Of a stretch of DNA of 64,000 nt, positions 38,782 to 48,346 are shown in pieces. The stretch spans positions 28,678-92,677 of the forward strand of contig JAFTTP010000001.1 of the NCBI GenBank assembly GCA_017466725.1. The letters are read 5' to 3'. Numbering within the stretch: the first letter of the stretch is position 1; the number at the start of each line of letters is the position of its first letter. A program made the position numbers and the translations under genes. Source of the DNA: Clostridia bacterium. Its GTDB lineage: Bacteria > Bacillota > Clostridia > Christensenellales > UBA1242. A model generated the notes under the pieces. That model had not been told where the DNA came from and did not search any database. It was given only the letters and a program-made list of their open reading frames with translations.

Positions 38782-38898
38782 AAACGCTACATCCCTTTAA
38801 AATAAAGAAGAAAAGGCATTTTTTTTATTTTAAAACTTTTAACTTTCAAATTTTTAAAAAAAAGCTATGTTCCTTTAAAATAAAGGGCTGTAGCGTTT
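38782..38898. repeat. Inverted repeat pair in divergent intergenic region
   Basis: AAACGCTACATCCCTTTA (38782-38799) vs TAAAGGGCTGTAGCGTTT (38881-38898), 17/18 match; each overlaps CCTTTAAAATAAAG. Confidence 0.85.
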
Positions 38899-39017
38899 AC
38901 AAAGCAAAAACGACATAAAAATCAAACATGGTCAACTTTCTCACATCAACATTTCATTAAAACAGTTGCTGAAAAAATTAAAATATGTTATACTACAATT
39001 ACACAAAGGAAGGAATT

Positions 39018-39725
39018 ATGAAATTAAAAGTTTTGGGATGTTCAAACTCATGGACTACACGATGGACTTCTTGCTATATGGTCAACGATGATATTTTAAT
39101 GGACTGCGGATGTGATGCATACAAAGCCTACATACAAACAGGCAAGCCGCTCACTGACATTAAGTTGTTTTTAATAACACACTTTCATGCAGACCATTTA
39201 TACGGTTTAAATGTGTTTTTAACAACTGTACATCGCCTGCATAAGCAAATTGATTATAAACCTACAATTGTCGGGCCAAAAGGAATACAAGCCATGTGCG
39301 AAAGGGTTTTCGCAACATCAAACCTTATAGAGTTTGACTTTACTGGGCTTGTCAACTTTGTTGAAATTGAGGATGGCTCTTCGCTGGAATATAACGGCAT
39401 TAAAATTACCGCACACAAACTTGACCATGGCGACGTGATTGACTTTGGATATATCCTCTCGCAAAATGGCAAATCAATAGGATACACCGGCGATACAACG
39501 CTTGTAAACGCATTGTATGGTTTTATTGAAAAGTGCGACATCTGCATGATGAATATAAGCAGAATGCTTACAAACCTTAAACATTTAGGCGTAGATGCTT
39601 TTAAAATGCTTTTAGAAAAATATCCAAACAAAAAACTTCTTGCCACACATTGCGACGAAGATGTTTACAATCTGCCACTTTTGCAAGATAAACGCGTTGA
39701 AGAAGGCATGATTATAGAGATTTAA
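39018..39725 (+). CDS. MBL-fold metallohydrolase (RNase Z-like)
   Basis: VLGC, DCG, THFHADH, YTGDT, ATH. Confidence 0.88.
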   Translation: MKLKVLGCSNSWTTRWTSCYMVNDDILMDCGCDAYKAYIQTGKPLTDIKLFLITHFHADHLYGLNVFLTTVHRLHKQIDYKPTIVGPKGIQAMCERVFATSNLIEFDFTGLVNFVEIEDGSSLEYNGIKITAHKLDHGDVIDFGYILSQNGKSIGYTGDTTLVNALYGFIEKCDICMMNISRMLTNLKHLGVDAFKMLLEKYPNKKLLATHCDEDVYNLPLLQDKRVEEGMIIEI

Positions 39726-39764
39726 AAAAGAGGGCAAATCCACCCTCTTTTTTCATTATGTTTA

Positions 39765-40112
39765 TTAAGGTTTAAGGTTTTCTTCACATTTTTCGCAAAT
39801 TGTTCTTTCTTCTGGAATTTCAACACCACAATTTGAACATTTGTGCATATTTACAGTACCTTTGCCAAGATTTCCTTCTGCAATACTTCCTTGTGTTGCC
39901 TGAACTGCACTTGACGTCCATGTAAATATCACCCCTACAACAACACCGGCAACAGCAGCAACAAGCAGCACAATTCCGCCAATGATAAGCCCCGCACTTC
40001 CTTTCGCAAGCGCAAGCATTAAAATTCCGCCAACAAGTGCAAGGGCAGAAATTACTAAAAGTATAATTCCAAGGTTTTTAAGTTGGCTTTTTCTTTTTTC
40101 AATTAAATTCAT
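39765..40112 (-). CDS. Small 2-TM protein with C-terminal zinc ribbon
   Basis: Two hydrophobic helices; CSNC...CEKC. Confidence 0.8.
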   Translation of the reverse strand: MNLIEKRKSQLKNLGIILLVISALALVGGILMLALAKGSAGLIIGGIVLLVAAVAGVVVGVIFTWTSSAVQATQGSIAEGNLGKGTVNMHKCSNCGVEIPEERTICEKCEENLKP

Positions 40113-40125
40113 TTTATATCTCCTT

Positions 40126-41187
40126 TTATATTAATAAAGTAAGTAGTATTATTGAAAGTACAAACAATATCGGCAAAATTACAACAAGTGCAATCTTCCC
40201 TCCCGATTTTGGCACTTTACCACCAACGGCACCCGATTGACCGTTGATTACATTTGAATATTGCTTTCCCTTATATGTAAAATTCACTCTATACATAGGT
40301 AAAACACAATAAGAATAGTTTTTGCTCAAATAAGTTGTATCCATATTAAACTTGCTTATTCCGTCGTATCTATAACCACTAAGAATTTTATATTTTATAT
40401 CGTTTTCTATAATTGTCTTAGCAGTCGCAAACGTGTCTTTTATGCTGCTTGAATAACATTCAAGGGCATAGCCTGAAATAAATTCATTAGTAAAACACTT
40501 TGCCTGCGTAAAATCGTATGGTCGCACCCAAGATAGTTCACGCTGCTCAAGTTTTGTGCTGGCCTCAATTTCAATATTTGCGTGCTGAGTGCTTTTGGTT
40601 CCGCTTATATTAAAATACCTATACTTTGTGTGATAGCGTCCTTCTTTATCTCGCACAGTATAAGTTTCATACAGAACACCATCATATGATGTCAAACAGT
40701 TTGCATCATATACAAAAGCAGGGAAATAGTACGCACGTATTGCATCGGCTTTTAAATTTTGTTTTAACTGTTTAGGCACAAACCAGTTTTTTTGAATTTT
40801 TGCCCTAAACGTTTCTTCTGCAAGTTTCTTGCCAATTCTAAACGGAACAACAGCATCTGGTTTAACTCCTTCGCCGCCAGTTTCGGCCGACACAAGCGAC
40901 GTGTCACAATATGGACAATTTGCTGAAACTTGATAGCCTTGCAAAACTACAGATGCGCCACAATTTTTGCATTTCATAATTTTTTCATCTTGAGCCCACT
41001 TTTCATTTGCATCCATAGAAGGATTTTCTAGGTCAAAATCATGTTTTGCGTATTGCGTTTTGCTGTGTATTATTTCAATGTTTTGGCAGGATGGGCAGCT
41101 AAGACATTGTCCATCCGGATTAAACACCATATCATCACCGCAACTTGGACATTTAGTAAAAGTTGCGGATATTTTTTTCTTATTCAT
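40126..41187 (-). CDS. Zinc-ribbon membrane-anchored protein (YdjG-like)
   Basis: CPSC, CPSC, CKNCGA, CPYC, PDAVVPF, INGQSG, C-terminal TM; coupled to the SPFH gene. Confidence 0.8.
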   Translation of the reverse strand: MNKKKISATFTKCPSCGDDMVFNPDGQCLSCPSCQNIEIIHSKTQYAKHDFDLENPSMDANEKWAQDEKIMKCKNCGASVVLQGYQVSANCPYCDTSLVSAETGGEGVKPDAVVPFRIGKKLAEETFRAKIQKNWFVPKQLKQNLKADAIRAYYFPAFVYDANCLTSYDGVLYETYTVRDKEGRYHTKYRYFNISGTKSTQHANIEIEASTKLEQRELSWVRPYDFTQAKCFTNEFISGYALECYSSSIKDTFATAKTIIENDIKYKILSGYRYDGISKFNMDTTYLSKNYSYCVLPMYRVNFTYKGKQYSNVINGQSGAVGGKVPKSGGKIALVVILPILFVLSIILLTLLI

Positions 41188-42245
41188 TACTCACCAAGTC
41201 TCTTGCCACATTCACTACAGAATTTTGCTGTCTTCTTTACTTCTGCGCCGCATTCTGGGCAAAATGACTTTTGTACTGCCACTTTCTTACCACATTCACT
41301 GCAGAATTTTGCGGATGCAGAAAGTTTAGCACCGCAATACACACATTCTTTTGATGCTTTTGCAGGTTTTTCTTTTGGCATATTTGCCTGCCTAATATTT
41401 TCTGCAAATACTTGGCCTAATGCGCCGCCAGCGCCAAGTCCAACGCCTATTCCGGCAAATCCACCATTACCCTCGTTTTTAGCAGCATCCACCATTGCAT
41501 CAGCAGCTTTAAGTCTTGTATAAGTGTCAATATGATCTTCCATCATTCCAAGTCTTGTCTTTTCGTCAAGAACTTTTTCAACTTCTTCTGGAAGTGAAAT
41601 GTTTTCAATGACAACTTTCATAAGTTTCATACCAAGATTTAAAAATTCTGGATTTGTTTGAGTTTTAATTTTATCTGCAAACTCTTTATAATTTGCTGCA
41701 AGGTCAAGCACTGAAATTTTGCCCTCGCCAAGAGCGTCCGCCATACCTTGAATAATTAATGGACGATTATGGTCTTCGATGTCTGCAACTTTATAAAGTT
41801 CGTTTGTGCCAAAAACTTCTTCCATAAACTTACGTACATCAACAACCTTGAATGCATATGTACCAAAACCACGAAGTCTTACATTGCCAAAATCTGCATC
41901 TCTCATCATAATTGGATTTTGTGTGCCCCACTTTAAGCCGGTAAACTGCTTTGTGTTGATAAAGTATACTTCAGCCTTAATTGTAGAATTAAAACCTGTT
42001 GGCAGTGCAAGCATCTTTGTAAGGAAAGGTATGTTTTCTGTTGCTAATTTGTAAGTACCTGGTGCAAAAATATCAGCAATTTGTCCTTTGTGAACAAATA
42101 CTGCAGTTTGAGATGGACGAACAACAAGTGTTGAGCTGTTCATAATTTCCTCTCTCTTTGTCATTGGAAAACGATAAACAATTGTATCTTTGCTGTCGTC
42201 TTGCCATTCAATTACCTCAAGTAATTGTTTCTTAAAAAATCCCAT
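41187..42245 (-). CDS. SPFH/band-7 protein with double zinc ribbon (YdjI-like)
   Basis: LEVIEW, PGTYKL, KWGTQNP, ENISLP, KFCSECG repeats. Confidence 0.87.
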   Translation of the reverse strand: MGFFKKQLLEVIEWQDDSKDTIVYRFPMTKREEIMNSSTLVVRPSQTAVFVHKGQIADIFAPGTYKLATENIPFLTKMLALPTGFNSTIKAEVYFINTKQFTGLKWGTQNPIMMRDADFGNVRLRGFGTYAFKVVDVRKFMEEVFGTNELYKVADIEDHNRPLIIQGMADALGEGKISVLDLAANYKEFADKIKTQTNPEFLNLGMKLMKVVIENISLPEEVEKVLDEKTRLGMMEDHIDTYTRLKAADAMVDAAKNEGNGGFAGIGVGLGAGGALGQVFAENIRQANMPKEKPAKASKECVYCGAKLSASAKFCSECGKKVAVQKSFCPECGAEVKKTAKFCSECGKRLGE

Positions 42246-42330
42246 AATATTTCTCCTTTTAATTAACTTTAGTTTACACCATTTAGTTGATTATTCCAAA
42301 CGATTAATAAAAAAAGGTGGATAAATCCAC

Positions 42331-42933
42331 CTAAAATCTCAAATCCTCTGGAAGATGCACTTCTGCATAGCCTTGCTTTGCGCTGCAAAGCGGACAAGTT
42401 TCCCAAGCCTCCTTATCAAAACTCACATAGCCACACGCTGGACACACCCAAGCCACTTGCTTTGCCTTTTTATAAAGTTTTTTATCTTTCATCTGCTTAT
42501 AAAGTTCTTCAAAAACTTTTGCATGGGTTTTCTCAACCTGCCCAATCATTTGAAAAAGATTTGCTATTTCTTCAAACCCTTCATCTCTGGCAATTTTTTC
42601 AAACTCATCATACGCCGCGCTTTCGTCAAGTTCATCTTCCATTAAATATTTAAGGTTGTCAAGCATGTTCCATTTTTCTTTAAACGGCAGCCCAAGCGCC
42701 ATATCAATGTTTTCAATCTGCGTCATTTCAGCATCCTGAAGTTTTGTGTACAACATTCTTGCGTGATTAAATTCTTGATATGCAATGCGGTCGATAAGCG
42801 TTGCAATAGCCTCGTACCCATTCATTCTAAAACCATATTCGCAAAATTCGTAACGAGTTCTAGCACTACATTCTGCAACAAAAGCCCTTGCTAAATTTAA
42901 AAATGTTTGACTGTCTTTTAATTTCATAATCAT
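42331..42933 (-). CDS. Rubrerythrin family protein
   Basis: NLARAF, EFNH, EKTH diiron motifs; WVCPACGY...CPLC. Confidence 0.9.
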   Translation of the reverse strand: MIMKLKDSQTFLNLARAFVAECSARTRYEFCEYGFRMNGYEAIATLIDRIAYQEFNHARMLYTKLQDAEMTQIENIDMALGLPFKEKWNMLDNLKYLMEDELDESAAYDEFEKIARDEGFEEIANLFQMIGQVEKTHAKVFEELYKQMKDKKLYKKAKQVAWVCPACGYVSFDKEAWETCPLCSAKQGYAEVHLPEDLRF

Positions 42934-43052
42934 TCCTCCACGCGTCTTTTATTGCCTAAAATGCGCTTAATATTCAAAAAAGTACTGAAATTTTGCTAAA
43001 AAATTGATTTTTATTTTGTTTTTTACTTAAATTTGCTATAATTTTAGTAACT

Positions 43053-43595
43053 ATGTGGACTTTAGAATACATCCTCTCGCAAGTTTGCGTACTTGTTGCA
43101 ATCGCATTTTTCATATCAACCACTTACATCAAAAACAGAAAGGTTGTTATTTTTTTGAACTGCTTTGTAAACATATTTTACGCAATTCAATACGTCTTGC
43201 TAAAATCATATACCGGCGTACTTATAAACGCCATTGGGCTTATACGATGCATCTGGTTTTACTTTGATACAAAATCAACTAAACGCGATTATGTATCGCT
43301 TATAGTATGCTTTGCTTTGGCAATTGGCGGAGGCATATTTACATATAAATCTTGGGTTGACATAATTGCACTAGTCGGCTCTCTTGCGCTCACCTATGGA
43401 CTTTGGCAACCAAACCTTATGCTTTACCGCTTTTTAGCAATTGCAAATCATATTTGTTTTATAGTTTACAACACCGTGCACAAGTCGTATATTGCAGTCG
43501 TCTTTGAGGCCGTTGTAATTATTCTTACCGCCATAAGCATTATAAAATTTCACCTAGAAAGCAAAAAAATCAATAAAAACAATGAAAAAGTTTAA
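43053..43595 (+). CDS. YgjV-family inner membrane protein
   Basis: Multi-TM; IQY.LL.SYTG...N.IG..R, IVYN. Confidence 0.72.
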   Translation: MWTLEYILSQVCVLVAIAFFISTTYIKNRKVVIFLNCFVNIFYAIQYVLLKSYTGVLINAIGLIRCIWFYFDTKSTKRDYVSLIVCFALAIGGGIFTYKSWVDIIALVGSLALTYGLWQPNLMLYRFLAIANHICFIVYNTVHKSYIAVVFEAVVIILTAISIIKFHLESKKINKNNEKV

Positions 43596-43661
43596 AAAAA
43601 TCCCCTTTACAAGACTAATTATCTATGATATAATAGATAACAAGAAATAGGGGGATTTTTT

Positions 43662-45038
43662 ATGGCAGAAATTAAAGAGTTGGATTTTCAATTAAGCGAT
43701 GAAGGCTGGAACTTGTCTGGCGGAAAAAGTTTTAACATTTGGGGGCTTGTTGATTTTCCTAAAGAATTGCTTAAATACATATTAGATTACAAAAAGAAAA
43801 CATTTATTTCTTTCGACCCAACAACTGGAAAAAGAATTAAAACTTCTGGCAAACGTGCACCCGTTTGGACTGCGTTTGACAAATATTTATATCACGATTA
43901 TGATGTTAAGTCTGGCGAAAAATTGCCCAAAATTTCTGCAACATTTAAATTTAGTTTTGACCATAAATATAGTGCAATTGTTGAGAACATGGGCATGCAA
44001 ATTGCCCTTGCACTTGACATGCCAACAGCATACAACTACATAGTTGCATTTACCCCTGAAAAGCACCCCGAAATTGCAGCCCATTTAAGAACAAAACGCG
44101 ACAGAGATAATGTGCAGCCTTTACGCGACAGAGATAATGTGCAGCCTTTAGGTATTGTTTCGGTTGACTTTTTGCAGGCAAGACAGGCCTCACCAAAATC
44201 AACAGGCAAAAAGATTTATTCTCATGATGATGTTGAAGAAGAAATTGACTCTTTCTCGCACATAGATGGTGACGAGCTTATTCCTTTTGAAGACCTACTT
44301 GACCAATATCATATTGCCTATGACAAATTTGCCGGAGAAGACCACTGCTTAGACAAATGGATTGCAGCAATTGACCAAATTGCCTATATGAAATACAGTC
44401 ACATGCCAAGAGAACAATTAAACAAAACTCTTCACGACATCCACAGCCGAATTGCGCGCTCGTTCTTATTAAAAGACTGCCTACTTGGCGACTGCGACTT
44501 TACCTCATACAACGCAGGGATAGTTACAAACGCACATAAAATAAGATATGCAGCAAATCATGATTATGGCGACACATGCGCTCACCTTATCAAACAAAAA
44601 CTTATTGCAAAGCCAAATCACGGCATAAGTCAGGAAGATTTTGACAAACTTCTAAAAAATGTTCAAGAATACCTCACCTCATTGCAGGCATCTTATCAGC
44701 AACAATCAGTTGAAGAACTTGCTTCGCAATGGGCAAGCAATACAAGCAAATACAATTTTTACTACGTTCTAAAAAACTTTCCTCAAGCTTGCAGTGAATT
44801 CTTTAAAAACTTAGACAACTTAGCCCGCCGCAATCAAATTGCCAAAATTGTTGACCAATATACAAAAATGACACTCAACGGCCAACCTTTACTTACAAAA
44901 GAAGAGGCAACCATGTTTAAAAAATATCTTACTGCACGCCTAACCCATTATTGCGACCTTTATGTTGAATACTTAAATGCAAACCACTCAGAAGTTCCAC
45001 AAGAAATCGAAACTGATGATTATTCAATTGAAATTTAA
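43662..45038 (+). CDS. HipA/PI3K-like kinase-fold protein, orphan
   Basis: LSGG Gly loop, E..GMQIA..L.MPTA, GIVSVDFL, DCLLGDCDFTSYNAG catalytic-loop-like, NHDYG. Confidence 0.6.
   Translation: MAEIKELDFQLSDEGWNLSGGKSFNIWGLVDFPKELLKYILDYKKKTFISFDPTTGKRIKTSGKRAPVWTAFDKYLYHDYDVKSGEKLPKISATFKFSFDHKYSAIVENMGMQIALALDMPTAYNYIVAFTPEKHPEIAAHLRTKRDRDNVQPLRDRDNVQPLGIVSVDFLQARQASPKSTGKKIYSHDDVEEEIDSFSHIDGDELIPFEDLLDQYHIAYDKFAGEDHCLDKWIAAIDQIAYMKYSHMPREQLNKTLHDIHSRIARSFLLKDCLLGDCDFTSYNAGIVTNAHKIRYAANHDYGDTCAHLIKQKLIAKPNHGISQEDFDKLLKNVQEYLTSLQASYQQQSVEELASQWASNTSKYNFYYVLKNFPQACSEFFKNLDNLARRNQIAKIVDQYTKMTLNGQPLLTKEEATMFKKYLTARLTHYCDLYVEYLNANHSEVPQEIETDDYSIEI
44096..44150 (+). repeat. Exact 27-bp tandem duplication, in frame (RDRDNVQPL x2)
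   Basis: ACGCGACAGAGATAATGTGCAGCCTTT repeated twice. Confidence 0.97.
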
Positions 45039-45065
45039 AAAAACGACGAAATTTCGTCGTTTTTT
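45037..45065. terminator. Bidirectional terminator
   Basis: AAAAAACGACGAAATTTCGTCGTTTTTT. Confidence 0.85.
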
Positions 45066-45702
45066 ATTTAATTAAAGATTTAATGTATTCAGACAATTTG
45101 CTGTTGTCACAATTTTCCAGGAAAAGTTGTTTGAAATTTTTACCACTAATTGTATGCTTTAAAAACTCTTTATCAAGGTGTTTAACAATGTAAAGCATAT
45201 CTTGATGTGTCACCCTTTTAACTTCATCCAACACTTTTTTATTGCGCTGCTCTGACTCTACTCTTTCTTTTGGATAACCATTGCCTGCGGGATGCGCAAA
45301 CATTTCGCGAAATGTGTATTTTAAGTTGAGGTCAGCGCCCCAGCCAAAGCCTTTTGCAAATGGAAAGCTAACTGCATTTCCATCATTAATTTGCATAAAC
45401 ATATATCCATCACTTGGGTCTACAATATGCCCACAAAGCACATTTGGGAAAGAATTTGCTGCAAGGCATGCGCCCTCACCAGTGCCGCACCCCGTCACAA
45501 CAAAATCAACTGTTTTTGTATTGAGTAAAATTGCGGTTAAAAGCCCCGCTTGAACATAAGTCAGTTGGGTTTCATCCTCTGGTCCATATGTACCAAAGTT
45601 GAGCACACTGTGCCCATACTCACCCGCCACTTCAGACAACGCGTTATAAATAAGTTCATTTTTAGAACATTGTGAATTTTCACTAATTAATGCTATTTTC
45701 AT
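45064..45702 (-). CDS. RpiB/LacA/LacB family sugar-phosphate isomerase
   Basis: MKIALI.ENSQ, VTGCGTG, INDGNA, AKGFGWG. Confidence 0.88.
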   Translation of the reverse strand: MKIALISENSQCSKNELIYNALSEVAGEYGHSVLNFGTYGPEDETQLTYVQAGLLTAILLNTKTVDFVVTGCGTGEGACLAANSFPNVLCGHIVDPSDGYMFMQINDGNAVSFPFAKGFGWGADLNLKYTFREMFAHPAGNGYPKERVESEQRNKKVLDEVKRVTHQDMLYIVKHLDKEFLKHTISGKNFKQLFLENCDNSKLSEYIKSLIK

Positions 45703-45915
45703 TTTTATTACTCCTTAAGTTTGAGGATAACACATTTCTCTTTTTTTGCAAACTAAAAAAACACTCTTTTCGAGTGTTTTTTATTATAAAATATCAATTT
45801 TCTTTAAAATCTCGTTGGACAATACTAATGAAATATTAAGGAAAATATAAAATTATTGTAAGATGCATTTTTCAACAAAAAAAAGCCATCGAACTTAATC
45901 AATGACTTCTCTTTT

Positions 45916-45961
45916 TGGAGCTGTTGACGAGACTTGAACCCGTGACCTCTGCCTTGCCAAG
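45916..45961 (-). pseudogene. 3'-half tRNA-Thr remnant (att-like site)
   Basis: 37/46 identical to the 3' half of tRNA-Thr at 53738-53783; retains T-arm and CCA. Confidence 0.85.
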
Positions 45962-46067
45962 ATAAAACTCTCACGAGCAAAACTCGTGCCCTATGTTCAA
46001 AACTGCTTTATAAATACTAGCAAAATCGCTAGTATTTTTTCATTAGATACATTCCTACTCCAAAACT

Positions 46068-46087
46068 TTGCACCTATTGACACCTAC
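46068..46087 (+). repeat. Left arm-type direct repeat
   Basis: TTG-CACCTATTGACACCTAC; 17-bp CACCTATTGACACCTAC recurs near 53070. Confidence 0.75.
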
Positions 46088-46327
46088 AAGCATATTTTTT
46101 GATGTTTTTAGTGTTCTAAAACTGCCTAAAACTGCTTTGCTCTAAAAGTAACAAATATAAAAATAGTTGTCACATAGGTATTGACTTTTGAGATTAATAT
46201 GATAAAATATAATTGTTGCAAAATTTTTGTGTTTTTAGTTGTATTTTTTTATATAAAAGGTTATAATATTAATACAAGTTGCAAAAAAAATGCAACAAGC
46301 ATATTTTATATAAAGGAGAGATTTAAT

Positions 46328-47665
46328 ATGCTATATTTTAATATTCAAAATTTTAGAGTTTTTAATGATGAAACATTTCTAGATTTAAGAGCAAATAAAA
46401 GAAAAACTAAATTTAGTGAAAATTTAATGATACAAGAATATAAACGAAAAAAGAAGTCAATATCAGAAAAGATACTTCCTTATTCTGTTATTTATGGTGG
46501 TAATGCGTCTGGTAAGACATCAATAATAAAAGCAATGGCTTTATTAAAAAATATTGTTTTAGACGGCAGGATATTTTCAGATAATCCACAAGAAATATTA
46601 CATTCGTTAGAATTGTTTCCTTTTTTGCATGAATATAATAAATATATTGAGCCGATGAAATTATCAATTGGATTTATTACAAATAACAAAAAGTATGAGT
46701 TTTCATTAAAAATAAAATGTTCATTAAGAAACGACTATTTTTATGCTGATAGAGAAATTGTGGAAGAACAATTATTTATTAATGATGAAGAAATATATTA
46801 CAGAGACGAAAATAGTGTTCTTTTTGACAACAAAAAATGGATTATAGGACAAGAGGAAGAAAATGAACACATAACAAAAGAAGAATTATTTTTATATTCA
46901 CAATTTAAAATAGGTAAATATAATCCTGATTTTCAAAATATACTTAATTGGTTTAGATTTAGATTTATTGTTGTTGATGATATTTCAAATTTGAGAACAA
47001 CAATAGAAGGTAATTTACCACCTTATTTAAAAAGTATTGATTTAAGAAATCAAATTATCGATATTGTAACAAACTTGTCTGATTTTGGACCTCAAGATAT
47101 TTTCTATAGGGTTAATTCAACAGAAAGTGGCAATAATGCTGAAATGAGAGCTCACTATAATATTAATGGGCACCCTAAACAAGGTTTCGATACTCCTGCA
47201 ATAAATACGGAATCTACTGGGACAATTAAATTAGTCAATTTAGCAATGTTTTTAGTTGACAGTTTATTAAGTGGAAATACTGTAGTAATTGATGAGTTCG
47301 ATTCATCATTGCATTTTGCACTAATTAAAGAAATATTAAATTTATATGTAAATAATGAAATTAATACAGGAAAAGGTCAAATTGTTTTTACTTCTCATAA
47401 TCCAATATTTATACCGCTAGTAAAAATCAGAAGAGACCAAATTTATTTCATAGAAAAAAATCAAGATAATTATTCTAGTTCTTTATATTCTTTATCTGAT
47501 TTTCCTGCTGAAGATGTTAGAACAAGTGAAGCTTTTATTAAAAATTATTTGGATGGTAAGTATGGTGCATTGCCATCATTTGATTTTGAAACAGAGATTA
47601 AAAAAGCATTAAATCTACTAAAAAGGGTTAATGTAAATGTCCAAAAGATTGCCAATAAGACCTAA
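46328..47665 (+). CDS. AAA_21-type ATPase (RloA/AbiLi-like)
   Basis: NFRVF, YGGNASGKT, ESTGT, VIDEFDSSLH, QIVFTSH, RRDQIYF, YLDGKYGALP. Confidence 0.88.
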   Translation: MLYFNIQNFRVFNDETFLDLRANKRKTKFSENLMIQEYKRKKKSISEKILPYSVIYGGNASGKTSIIKAMALLKNIVLDGRIFSDNPQEILHSLELFPFLHEYNKYIEPMKLSIGFITNNKKYEFSLKIKCSLRNDYFYADREIVEEQLFINDEEIYYRDENSVLFDNKKWIIGQEEENEHITKEELFLYSQFKIGKYNPDFQNILNWFRFRFIVVDDISNLRTTIEGNLPPYLKSIDLRNQIIDIVTNLSDFGPQDIFYRVNSTESGNNAEMRAHYNINGHPKQGFDTPAINTESTGTIKLVNLAMFLVDSLLSGNTVVIDEFDSSLHFALIKEILNLYVNNEINTGKGQIVFTSHNPIFIPLVKIRRDQIYFIEKNQDNYSSSLYSLSDFPAEDVRTSEAFIKNYLDGKYGALPSFDFETEIKKALNLLKRVNVNVQKIANKT

Positions 47666-48308
47666 GAGAAAATTTGAGCACCAAATATATGCTTTTTATG
47701 AAGGTGACCAAGAATATGAATATTTTAATCACTTGAAAAATTTAATTAATAATCACCCTCAAAACAAATTAAAAATTAAAATAGTCCCTAAGAACTGCTC
47801 TGGAGGAGACCCAAGAGTTCCTGTTTATAGTGCAATAAAAAATTGTAGTCTAAACAAAACCCCATTAGTAATATTTGATTATGACAATAAAAAGATTGAG
47901 TTTGAAGAAGCTATTGATTTAGCTATGAAAAATAAATTTAATGTTGGATATTCTAATATTAACTTTGATTATTGGTTAACACTTCATAAGCTTGATAAAA
48001 GTAAAATTGTGTATGGTGAAAAAAGCAATAATGATGCATATGTAAAGTTACTTAAAGACACATATAAACTTTCTCTTAGAGAAGATATAAAAAATGTGGA
48101 AACAATTAAAAAAATTATTTCTAAAATAACATTTGAGGATGTTTTACATGCTATAAATTGCTGTAAGCTAATAGAAAAAAATAACCATCAAAATTCTGAC
48201 AGAAAAATCAACACTCCAAATGGAAATAGTTATTATAAAAATCCTGATATTAAGGTATATACTATAGTGGAAGAACTAATAAGAAAATGCATTAAAAAAG
48301 AGGACTAG
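47637..48308 (+). CDS. RloB-like (AbiLii) TOPRIM-type protein
   Basis: YEG..EY.YF, FDYD, YSN..FDYWL.LH, NP; overlaps the ATPase gene. Confidence 0.82.
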   Translation: MSKRLPIRPKRKFEHQIYAFYEGDQEYEYFNHLKNLINNHPQNKLKIKIVPKNCSGGDPRVPVYSAIKNCSLNKTPLVIFDYDNKKIEFEEAIDLAMKNKFNVGYSNINFDYWLTLHKLDKSKIVYGEKSNNDAYVKLLKDTYKLSLREDIKNVETIKKIISKITFEDVLHAINCCKLIEKNNHQNSDRKINTPNGNSYYKNPDIKVYTIVEELIRKCIKKED

Positions 48309-48346
48309 GATTAGTCTTCTTTTTATATGTAAATTATTGGTTTGTT

